Source: Chloroflexota bacterium (GTDB lineage Bacteria > Chloroflexota > Dehalococcoidia > Lucifugimonadales > UBA2985). From it: a stretch of DNA of 64,000 nt. The position numbers were made by a program, and so were the translations under genes. This document shows, in pieces, positions 7,394 to 14,140 of the stretch. The notes under the pieces were generated by a model. That model was not told the DNA's origin. It ran no database searches and worked only from the letters and a program-made list of their open reading frames with translations. Location of the stretch: the NCBI GenBank assembly GCA_028877205.1, contig JAPPHY010000016.1, positions 207,457-271,456 on the forward strand, written 5' to 3'. How positions within the stretch are numbered: the stretch's first letter is position 1; each line of letters begins with the position of its first letter.

Positions 7394-8740
7394 ATGACCA
7401 CGGACTTCACGGGAGAGTACACAGGCTATAGAAGGGACAAGCCCGGCCTGGGCCTCTGGCCGCACCAGGGCAAGGTTGCTATCGTGGGCTGGGGCATGTC
7501 GCCAGTCGACAGGCGATGGGACGGCGTGTCGATGGACAAGACCTACGGCGCGTACGGCATGTTGGCGATCCAGCAGGCGCTCGACGACGCCGGCGTGAGC
7601 AGGGGAGAGGTGGACGGCATGCTCGTGTGCCCGGAGACGGGCGCGGGCGCGACGGGCGGAAGCTCCGCGGACTGGGGTCCCTACCGGCAGTACTTCGAGC
7701 CGCCGTACGACACCGAGTACGGGCTGAGCCGCCTCAACGCCAAGTGGATCATCGACAACATGCCGGGCTTCGACAACGTCAAGTTTGCCCCGTCCAACGT
7801 GCCGTCCATCGGCGAGCAGATGGGCATGACGGCGCAGGCCGTGGCCGACGGACACTGCGAGGTGGCGCTGCTCGTCTACGGCATGAACAACTTCGAGGGG
7901 CGCTACCGCCACGGCGGCGAGAACGCCTCGCCTGAGGCCCGCGGCAACCGGCAGTGGAACGCCCCCTGGAGCAGCGGGGACGGCCTGCAGCTCACGGGCG
8001 CCATCACCATCCAGCAGTACTGCGCCCGCTACGGAGGCACATTCGAGGAGCTGATCGCTCCGGCCGTCATCAACGAGCACCGCAACGGCCTGATGCACTC
8101 CTGGGGCTTCTACACGCTCCACGGCGAGTCCGGCCTGACGTTCGAGGACTACGTGAACGCAAGGCCCGTGCTGTGGCCGTGCCGTATCTGGGACTGCGAC
8201 CGTCCGGTCAACGCAGTCGGCGCGTTCCTCTTCGCCACGGCAGAGCGGGCCAAGGACATGAAGCAGCAGCCTCTCTGGGTGCTCAACCACAACGGCGGCC
8301 AGGGCGGCACAGTGCGCAGCAGCCAGGAGACGCTGGACGAGTCCGAGGAGGCCAGGGCGCAGGTGGCGTCCATGGTATACGAGGGTTCCGGGCTGCACGC
8401 GGAGGACGTCGACATCTTCAACCCCTACGACGGCTACTCCTTCTTCCTGCCTCTCACCCTGGAGGGGTTCCAGTGGCACGGCGTGAAGAAGGGCGAATCC
8501 CAGGCGTTCTTCAACGGCGACATCTCAGTCGAGGGGCCTCACCCGTTCACGCCCGGCGGCGGCAACCTGGGCGTGGGCCGCACCAGGACGGCCATGTACA
8601 TCGACAGCATCGAGCAGCTGCGGGGCCAGGCCGGCGACCGCCAGGTCACCATCAAGAACGGCCGGCCGGAGACGGCGATATGCGCCTTCGCACCGGCGCG
8701 CAGCGCCGCCTACATCGTGCTGTCCAACGCCACGCCGTAG
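7394..8740 (+). CDS. thiolase-like protein, paralog 2
   Basis: Collinear with 5474..6790. Shared blocks include WDCD.P, NPYDG, EG.QWHGVK.GE and VEGPHPF..GGN. The ATG follows GGAAGGAG. Confidence 0.8.
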   Translation: MTTDFTGEYTGYRRDKPGLGLWPHQGKVAIVGWGMSPVDRRWDGVSMDKTYGAYGMLAIQQALDDAGVSRGEVDGMLVCPETGAGATGGSSADWGPYRQYFEPPYDTEYGLSRLNAKWIIDNMPGFDNVKFAPSNVPSIGEQMGMTAQAVADGHCEVALLVYGMNNFEGRYRHGGENASPEARGNRQWNAPWSSGDGLQLTGAITIQQYCARYGGTFEELIAPAVINEHRNGLMHSWGFYTLHGESGLTFEDYVNARPVLWPCRIWDCDRPVNAVGAFLFATAERAKDMKQQPLWVLNHNGGQGGTVRSSQETLDESEEARAQVASMVYEGSGLHAEDVDIFNPYDGYSFFLPLTLEGFQWHGVKKGESQAFFNGDISVEGPHPFTPGGGNLGVGRTRTAMYIDSIEQLRGQAGDRQVTIKNGRPETAICAFAPARSAAYIVLSNATP

Positions 8741-8769
8741 CGGTAGTTGGCGATACGGATAGGTATCTG

Positions 8770-8802
8770 CTCACCCGCTCGGGTTCGCCCGGGCGGGGTG
8801 AG
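8770..8802 (+). terminator. GC-rich hairpin downstream of the thiolase-like operon
   Basis: Stem ctcacccgc-t-cggg, loop ttcg, then cccg-g-gcggggtgag. It starts 30 nt after the stop at 8740. No clear U-tract follows. Confidence 0.4.
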
Positions 8803-8959
8803 TGGCTTAAGGGCGGTGCGTGGCTTTTGCCGCCAGTGCAAAATGCCCGATGGCTTGAGGTGACACTGTGTGGCTCCTCTTTCGAGAGACGACCTTCGTC
8901 CTATGAAGCCGCGATTCTAAGTCGTACCTCCGCTCTCACCATGCTACCAGGGAAGTGAA

Positions 8960-9529
8960 ATGAAAGCGCTGGTATTGGCACTCATAATCCTTTGTCTGGC
9001 CTGTAGCGAAGCTGCACCTACCACAACTCCGACTCCGCATCCGACGTCCACCCCCGCACCCACCGCGACCCCTACTCCTCATCCGACGTTCACTCTCGCA
9101 CCAGGGCCTGTGGTAGAAGGCGTCTGGGGCGTGAGCACGCCCGCCGAGGCCGCAGAGTACGCAGGCTTCACCCCGACAACCCCGCCATCCCTACCGGAGG
9201 GTATGTACATCGGAACCATCCACGTGACCATCATGGACCTGGGGGGCCCGTTCATTATCGTAGATACCTTCATATCCTATCCTGACACCAAGGACCGCAT
9301 CGACATGATCCTATCGCAGACCAACAGACCCTTCGGTACAGGTGATGGGTATTTGGATGTCTCAGTCACAATAGACGGCCTAAGCTACGTGCGCAACCTA
9401 TCCGATGACGGCGAACGTCTAAGCCTAAGCTGGTCCCAAGACGGCTACCAGTATGTCCTACTTGGCTACCTAGACGATCGCATAACAGAAGCGGTCCTAG
9501 GAGACTTAGCATCTTCTGTCCGTCAGTGA
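8960..9529 (+). CDS. putative lipoprotein with Pro/Thr-rich linker
   Basis: Signal peptide MKALVLALIILCLAC with a lipobox-like LAC. A TPTPHPT-type linker follows. No recognisable family. Confidence 0.6.
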   Translation: MKALVLALIILCLACSEAAPTTTPTPHPTSTPAPTATPTPHPTFTLAPGPVVEGVWGVSTPAEAAEYAGFTPTTPPSLPEGMYIGTIHVTIMDLGGPFIIVDTFISYPDTKDRIDMILSQTNRPFGTGDGYLDVSVTIDGLSYVRNLSDDGERLSLSWSQDGYQYVLLGYLDDRITEAVLGDLASSVRQ

Positions 9530-9712
9530 CCTCACCAACTCAGGGCAAGGTCTGCATTCTGACTGGAGCGGCCTTTTTCATCCTAGGGCGTGCCCGTAAC
9601 GTTGCAGAAACTAATTCCAGGGCCGCGGAAGGGGGTATCTGTGGCAGGCGCGGTGCGGGGGATGGATGCCTACTTCCGCAGGCATGGCGGCTGCGGCAAC
9701 CAGCTTCCCGCC

Positions 9713-9741
9713 TTGACAATCGCATCGCTCTCACTTACTAT
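9713..9741 (+). promoter_or_regulatory. sigma70-type promoter TTGACA-17-TACTAT
   Basis: Consensus -35 at 9713-9718, 17-nt spacer, -10 at 9736-9741. It lies about 80 nt upstream of the HAD gene start. Confidence 0.55.
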
Positions 9742-9821
9742 CCCTCCAGCACTCGCCACCGCAGCTGTGGCCGCGGTTGGAATCGCACCTTCAAGCCCGA
9801 GACGAAAGGAGAGTGCCGTAC

Positions 9822-10364
9822 TTGAGGATACTACTGAGCTTTGACATAGACGGCACGCTTGAGACCGGCGATCCGCCCGGCCCCATCACCCTGGAGATGG
9901 TGATCCGCGCCAAGGAGCTGGGCTGCATCATCGGAAGCTCATCCGACCGCTCCATCACCTCGCAGCGGGACATGTGGGCCAGGAACAACATCGAGGTGGA
10001 CTTCGTCTCCAACAAGCACGTTCTCATCGAGATAAAGCAGCGATTCGAGGCCGACTACTATCTGCACATGGGCGACCGCGAGCTGGACCGCCAGTTCGCG
10101 CGTGAGGCGGAGTTCGACTTCATGTGGATGGACGAGGCCGCGGGGGAGCCGTGGATCGCCATGAAGAACGGCGAAACGCCGCTGGCCGGCGGCTCCGACG
10201 GCCCCGCCGTCGAGACCGCGCCGCAGAGCTTCTCTACCGCCGACTGCAAGCCCGCCTCCCACGACCAGCACTGGTGCGCCACGCACCACAAGCCCGTGTG
10301 GGAGTGCAAGAGACTCGAAGAAGAGATGTACTCGCCGCAGAAGACGTTCGACGGCCTCAGCTGA
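9822..10364 (+). CDS. HAD superfamily hydrolase-like protein with Cys/His-rich C-terminal tail
   Basis: DxDGT motif in LLSFDIDGTLE. ORF 9777.. is trimmed to the TTG at 9822, which follows AAGGAGAG with an 8-nt spacer. The tail is CKPASHDQHWCATHHKPVWEC. Confidence 0.65.
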   Translation: MRILLSFDIDGTLETGDPPGPITLEMVIRAKELGCIIGSSSDRSITSQRDMWARNNIEVDFVSNKHVLIEIKQRFEADYYLHMGDRELDRQFAREAEFDFMWMDEAAGEPWIAMKNGETPLAGGSDGPAVETAPQSFSTADCKPASHDQHWCATHHKPVWECKRLEEEMYSPQKTFDGLS

Positions 10365-10395
10365 GCCGTCGTTGACGCCTGCGCCACACGCAATG

Positions 10396-10424
10396 TTGAC
10401 ACCGGGCAAGACCTGTGGTAACGT
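10396..10424 (+). promoter_or_regulatory. candidate promoter TTGACA-17-TAACGT
   Basis: Consensus -35 at 10396-10401, 17-nt spacer, -10 TAACGT at 10419-10424. The predicted TSS near 10431 is 3 nt before the sORF ATG. Confidence 0.5.
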
Positions 10425-10433
10425 TTCCTCACG

Positions 10434-10484
10434 ATGATTGTGCGATCTCTCACAATAGCCTGCACATGTACCGGAGTGCCATAG
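10434..10484 (+). CDS. candidate leader peptide MIVRSLTIACTCTGVP (16 codons, 2 Cys)
   Basis: Hand translation: ATG 10434, Cys codons at 10461-10463 and 10467-10469, TAG at 10482-10484. It sits between the candidate promoter and the intrinsic terminator, upstream of tauE-cysH-sat. Confidence 0.4.
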   Translation: MIVRSLTIACTCTGVP

Positions 10485-10514
10485 GGGCAGAACACTTCTG
10501 TCGGGAAGCAGCGC

Positions 10515-10554
10515 GCGCCCCCTTCAACACGGTTGAGAGGGGCGCTTTTGTTTG
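10515..10554 (+). terminator. intrinsic terminator (attenuator) upstream of tauE-like gene
   Basis: Stem GCGCCCC (10515-10521) pairs with GGGGCGC (10539-10545). A TTTTGTTTG tract follows, and the terminator ends about 40 nt before the ATG at 10593. Confidence 0.65.
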
Positions 10555-10592
10555 CCCGCCAAAAACGAACTCAGAGGCAAGACGAACACTAA

Positions 10593-11375
10593 ATGGAGCT
10601 ACAACCACTGATCATATCGGCAGGGCTGTTGATGGGCCTGCTGGTCGGTCTTACGGGCATGGGCGGAGGCGCCCTGATGACCCCGTTCCTCATCTTCACG
10701 GGCGTCAAGCCCACGGTCGCCGTGGGCACGGACCTGTTCCAGATGATGTTCACCAAGTCGTTCGGGGCGTGGCAGCATCACCGGCAAGGCAGCGTCAACT
10801 ACCGCGTGGTGCTTCCCCTGATCGCCGGCAGCCTGCCGGGAGCGATGGCGGGCGTGGTGCTCCTGCGCGTGATGGAGGACAGCCTCGGAATCTCGGCGGA
10901 CGTGTTCCTCACGCGGCTGCTGGGAGTCGTGCTGACGTTCGCGGGCGTGGCGTTGTTCATACGGCTGTTCATGCGCAGGTGGCTGTGGAGCCGGTCTCAG
11001 GGCTGGGAGGTCGAATCACCCAGGGGCGGCAGGTTCCTGGTGCTGAGCGCGGTCGGGGCGGTGCTTGGCCTGCTGGTCGGGCTGACGTCCGTGGGAAGCG
11101 GCACCCTGTTCATCGTCATGATGGTGGCGTTGCTAAGAATGTCGATGCGGCATATAGTGGGTACGGACGTCGCGCACTCGGCGCTGCTGACAGCGGGAGC
11201 GGGGCTGTTGCACCTGGGGTTCGGCAACGTGGACCTGGCCTTGGCAGCCAACATTCTGATAGGATCCGTGCCGGGCGTCATCGTGGGCAGCCGAATGACG
11301 GTGCGCATACCGGAGAGAGGTCTGAGAGCGGCCGTGGCCTTCGCTCTGGTGGGCGTTGGGCTCAAGCTGCTGTAG
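10593..11375 (+). CDS. TauE/SafE (DUF81) family anion permease
   Basis: Multi-TM protein with GLLVGLTGMGGGALMTPFL and a repeated half, typical of the TauE/SafE family. Confidence 0.8.
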   Translation: MELQPLIISAGLLMGLLVGLTGMGGGALMTPFLIFTGVKPTVAVGTDLFQMMFTKSFGAWQHHRQGSVNYRVVLPLIAGSLPGAMAGVVLLRVMEDSLGISADVFLTRLLGVVLTFAGVALFIRLFMRRWLWSRSQGWEVESPRGGRFLVLSAVGAVLGLLVGLTSVGSGTLFIVMMVALLRMSMRHIVGTDVAHSALLTAGAGLLHLGFGNVDLALAANILIGSVPGVIVGSRMTVRIPERGLRAAVAFALVGVGLKLL

Positions 11376-11415
11376 CCTAGAAACCAAGCAGAGGTACTCA
11401 AGGAGGGATAGAGAA

Positions 11416-12192
11416 ATGCTGGAGCAGATGGAACCGTTGCTGTCGAATGAGGAGATCGAGGAGAAGAACAGGGAGTTCGAGGGCAAGTCTCCCGAGGCGG
11501 TGCTGGAGTGGGCGATCGAGACCTTTCACCCGCGGCTCGCCCTGTCGTCGAGCTTCGGCGCTGAGGACGTGGCTCTGATCGACATGATGTGGCGCATCGA
11601 TCCAAGCGCCCGCGTGTTCACCCTGGAGACGCTTCGCCTGCACACGGAGACCTACACCTTGATGGACCAAATTCGGATGCGGTACGGCATGGACGTGGAG
11701 AACTACTACCCCGACATGGAGCAGGTAGCCGGCATGGTAAAGGAGCACGGCTTCAACCTGTTCTACAAGTCCGAGGAGTTCCGCAAGCTGTGCTGCGGCA
11801 TCCGCAAGATGGAGCCGCTGGACCGGGCGCTGGGCACGGTGGACGCCTGGATCAGTGGACTTCGCCGCGATCAGGCCGTGACCCGCGTGGACATAGGCAA
11901 GGTGGAGCTCGACTCGGCACACGGCAACCGCATCAAGATCAATCCGCTGGCAGAGTGGTCGTCGGACAAGGTGTGGGCCTACATCCACGAGAACAAGGTG
12001 CCCTACAACGAGCTGCACGACAACGGCTTCCCCAGCATCGGCTGCGCGCCCTGCACCCGGGCAGTCAGCCCGGACGAGGACCCGCGCGCCGGCCGCTGGT
12101 GGTGGGAGAGCGACCCCAACTCCAAGGAGTGCGGCCTGCACGTCATCGAGACGCTGGACAGCATCAAGGCCGCGGCGGAGAAGGGACGTTGA
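11416..12192 (+). CDS. cysH: adenylylsulfate (APS)/PAPS reductase, Fe-S type
   Basis: SGLRRDQ and KECGLH motifs plus the CC...CAPC cysteine set, which is typical of [4Fe-4S] APS reductases. ATG 11416 follows AAGGAGGG. Confidence 0.9.
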   Translation: MLEQMEPLLSNEEIEEKNREFEGKSPEAVLEWAIETFHPRLALSSSFGAEDVALIDMMWRIDPSARVFTLETLRLHTETYTLMDQIRMRYGMDVENYYPDMEQVAGMVKEHGFNLFYKSEEFRKLCCGIRKMEPLDRALGTVDAWISGLRRDQAVTRVDIGKVELDSAHGNRIKINPLAEWSSDKVWAYIHENKVPYNELHDNGFPSIGCAPCTRAVSPDEDPRAGRWWWESDPNSKECGLHVIETLDSIKAAAEKGR

Positions 12193-13355
12193 TTGCCCCG
12201 CATGGTGGCACGCTCGTAGAGGGCTACGCGGACGCGGAGCAGGCCCAGGCCATCCGGGAGGAGGCCGAATCCCTGCTCAGCGTGGCGCTCAACCCGCGGC
12301 AGCTGTCGGACGCTCACATGATAGCCCAGGGGGCGTTCAGCCCCCTGACGGGCTTCATGGGCCACGAGGACTACACCGCGGTGGTGAAGACGATGCACCT
12401 GGCGGACGGCCAGCCCTGGTCGCTGCCAATCACCCTTGGCGTGGACTCCCTGCGCGCTGCCGACCTGAGGGAAGGGAAGCGCGTTGCCATGACGTCGGAG
12501 AGCGGCGACCTGGTCGGAATCCTCACGCTGGAGGGCAAGTACCGCCGCGACCGTGAGGAAGAGGCCCAGGAGGTGTTCCGTACCACAGAGGAGCAGCATC
12601 CCGGCGTGGCGAACATGTACCAGGAAGGCGACGTCCTGCTCGGTGGAAAGATCACCATGCTACCCGGCCGCCCCAACCTGGAAGAGGGCGTTGAGCCCTA
12701 CTATCGCACGCCTGCGGAAACGCGTGAGGCCATCGAGGGTCTTGGTTGGAACACCGTCGTGGGATTCCAGACGCGCAACCCCGTGCACCGCGCCCACGAG
12801 TACATACAGAAGTGCGCTATGGAGGCGAGGGACGGATTGCTGCTGCATCCGCTGGTGGGTGAGACCAAGGGAGACGACATTCCGGCGCCGGTGCGCATGC
12901 GCTGCTACCAGGCCCTGCTGGAGAACTACTATCCCAGCAGCCGAGTCCTGCTCACGGTGCTTCCCGCGTTCATGCGATACGCCGGGCCGCGGGAGGCCAT
13001 CTTCCACGCGCTGGTCCGCAAGAACTACGGCTGCACCCACTTCATCGTGGGGCGAGACCACGCCGGAGTCGGCAACTACTACGGCCCCTACGACGCTCAG
13101 CACATCTTCCGGGAGTTCTCGCCGGACAGCCTGGGCATCATGCCGCTGTTCTTCGAAAACTCCTTCTTCTGCCGACGCTGCCAGGGCATGGGCACCGAGA
13201 AGACGTGCCCGCACGGCGCCGACCATCGAGTCAGCCTGAGCGGAACCCAAGTGCGCGCCATGCTGGCGCAGGGCGAGATGCCTCCGGAGGAGTTCACGCG
13301 CCCGGAGGTGGCGCGCGTGCTCATGGAGTCTATGGCGGCGGCCAGGCCCGGCTGA
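12189..13355 (+). CDS. sat: sulfate adenylyltransferase (ATP sulfurylase)
   Basis: QTRNPVHRAHEYIQ and GRDHAGVG motifs. ORF 11589.. is trimmed to the TTG at 12189, which overlaps the cysH stop (TTGA). The result is 388 aa. Confidence 0.9.
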   Translation: MIAPHGGTLVEGYADAEQAQAIREEAESLLSVALNPRQLSDAHMIAQGAFSPLTGFMGHEDYTAVVKTMHLADGQPWSLPITLGVDSLRAADLREGKRVAMTSESGDLVGILTLEGKYRRDREEEAQEVFRTTEEQHPGVANMYQEGDVLLGGKITMLPGRPNLEEGVEPYYRTPAETREAIEGLGWNTVVGFQTRNPVHRAHEYIQKCAMEARDGLLLHPLVGETKGDDIPAPVRMRCYQALLENYYPSSRVLLTVLPAFMRYAGPREAIFHALVRKNYGCTHFIVGRDHAGVGNYYGPYDAQHIFREFSPDSLGIMPLFFENSFFCRRCQGMGTEKTCPHGADHRVSLSGTQVRAMLAQGEMPPEEFTRPEVARVLMESMAAARPG

Positions 13356-13378
13356 GACCAATCGCCGGGGGCTTCTCA

Positions 13379-13750
13379 ATGGTGACTAGCCGAAGGAGGG
13401 CGCAGGAGTACGCCGAAAGGCTTCTCTCGACGCCCTCCGCTCGCGTTGAGGTTACACTTCGCAGGTGGAAGACCTGTTCGACGCTGCTGCACAGGCGCCG
13501 CGCAATCGCGCGCTGCAAAGCGGACAGGGTGGGGACGTGGACGGCCGCATTCGTGGCACAGGCGCTGGGCGTGGACCTGCCGCCGGTGGGCGAAAGCGTC
13601 ACGGTGCAGGTATCGTCGGGTACGCTGTGGCGAGCCGTGGGCATCTCCGCGCTAGACCTGCGGCAGCGAGAGGCGCGCGTGCTTCTCGGTCGCCTGCTGG
13701 AGGAGGCGGAGATGCAGCGGAACGCTGGAACCGCGGTGGAGTCGCACTAG
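13379..13750 (+). CDS. hypothetical protein (123 aa)
   Basis: ATG-initiated part of ORF 13205..13750 with high third-position GC. No recognisable family. Confidence 0.4.
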   Translation: MVTSRRRAQEYAERLLSTPSARVEVTLRRWKTCSTLLHRRRAIARCKADRVGTWTAAFVAQALGVDLPPVGESVTVQVSSGTLWRAVGISALDLRQREARVLLGRLLEEAEMQRNAGTAVESH

Positions 13751-14130
13751 GCGCGCGACTTGCGCGCCATGCTTCCGCCGATCGCCGCACCCACCGACGC
13801 AAGCACGACCCCGACCGCCAGGACGCCCGCGAACAGGAGTATTACCAGTCCGCCATCGGTCACCTGCGGAAGCTCGATGCCGGGCAGCAACGAACTCACC
13901 ACGGGCAGAATGGCCAGCAGGGCCCCGGCCAGCAGCCCTGACATAAGCACCCCAAGCCAGACGGCCCGGAGCATCCCCGCCTTGGCCATCGAACCTGCGA
14001 CCCACCCACCGATGAGCGGCGACAACGGCCCCGAAACGAAGTGCACGAGCGGGATTATCAGGCACAGCACGGCCACGCCGCAGCCGATGAAGGCGTACTT
14101 CAGCCCCAGGTTCTCCAGCAAGTAGCTCAC
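13747..14130 (-). CDS. hypothetical integral membrane protein
   Basis: Four hydrophobic segments. The start is 10 nt downstream of the uvrC stop, so co-transcription is likely. Confidence 0.65.
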   Translation of the reverse strand: MSYLLENLGLKYAFIGCGVAVLCLIIPLVHFVSGPLSPLIGGWVAGSMAKAGMLRAVWLGVLMSGLLAGALLAILPVVSSLLPGIELPQVTDGGLVILLFAGVLAVGVVLASVGAAIGGSMARKSRA

Positions 14131-14140
14131 AGACGCGGCC

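Noticed and set aside
4936-8479. Long minus-strand ORFs (4936..5964, 5348..6184, 6197..7114, 7121..8479) opposite the DUF35/thiolase genes
   Set aside because: These are antisense shadow ORFs typical of GC-rich DNA. They have low-complexity Arg/Pro/Gly/His content, lack RBSs and have no family resemblance. The plus-strand genes have SDs and recognisable motifs.
9526-9844. ORFs 9526..9825 and 9590..9844 between the lipoprotein and HAD genes
   Set aside because: They lack RBSs, show non-coding-like composition and overlap a well-formed promoter (9713-9741).
10425-10515. SAM or other known riboswitch aptamer in the tauE-cysH-sat leader
   Set aside because: I could not find the conserved SAM-I/II/IV core motifs by eye, and the region is short. 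The sORF-attenuator model fits better, but a covariance-model scan is needed to exclude a riboswitch.
11589-12188. N-terminal 200-aa extension of the sat ORF (track ORF 11589..13355)
   Set aside because: The extension lies out of frame over cysH and is Arg/Gly/Pro-rich. Recognisable ATP sulfurylase sequence begins at the TTG at 12189, which overlaps the cysH stop.
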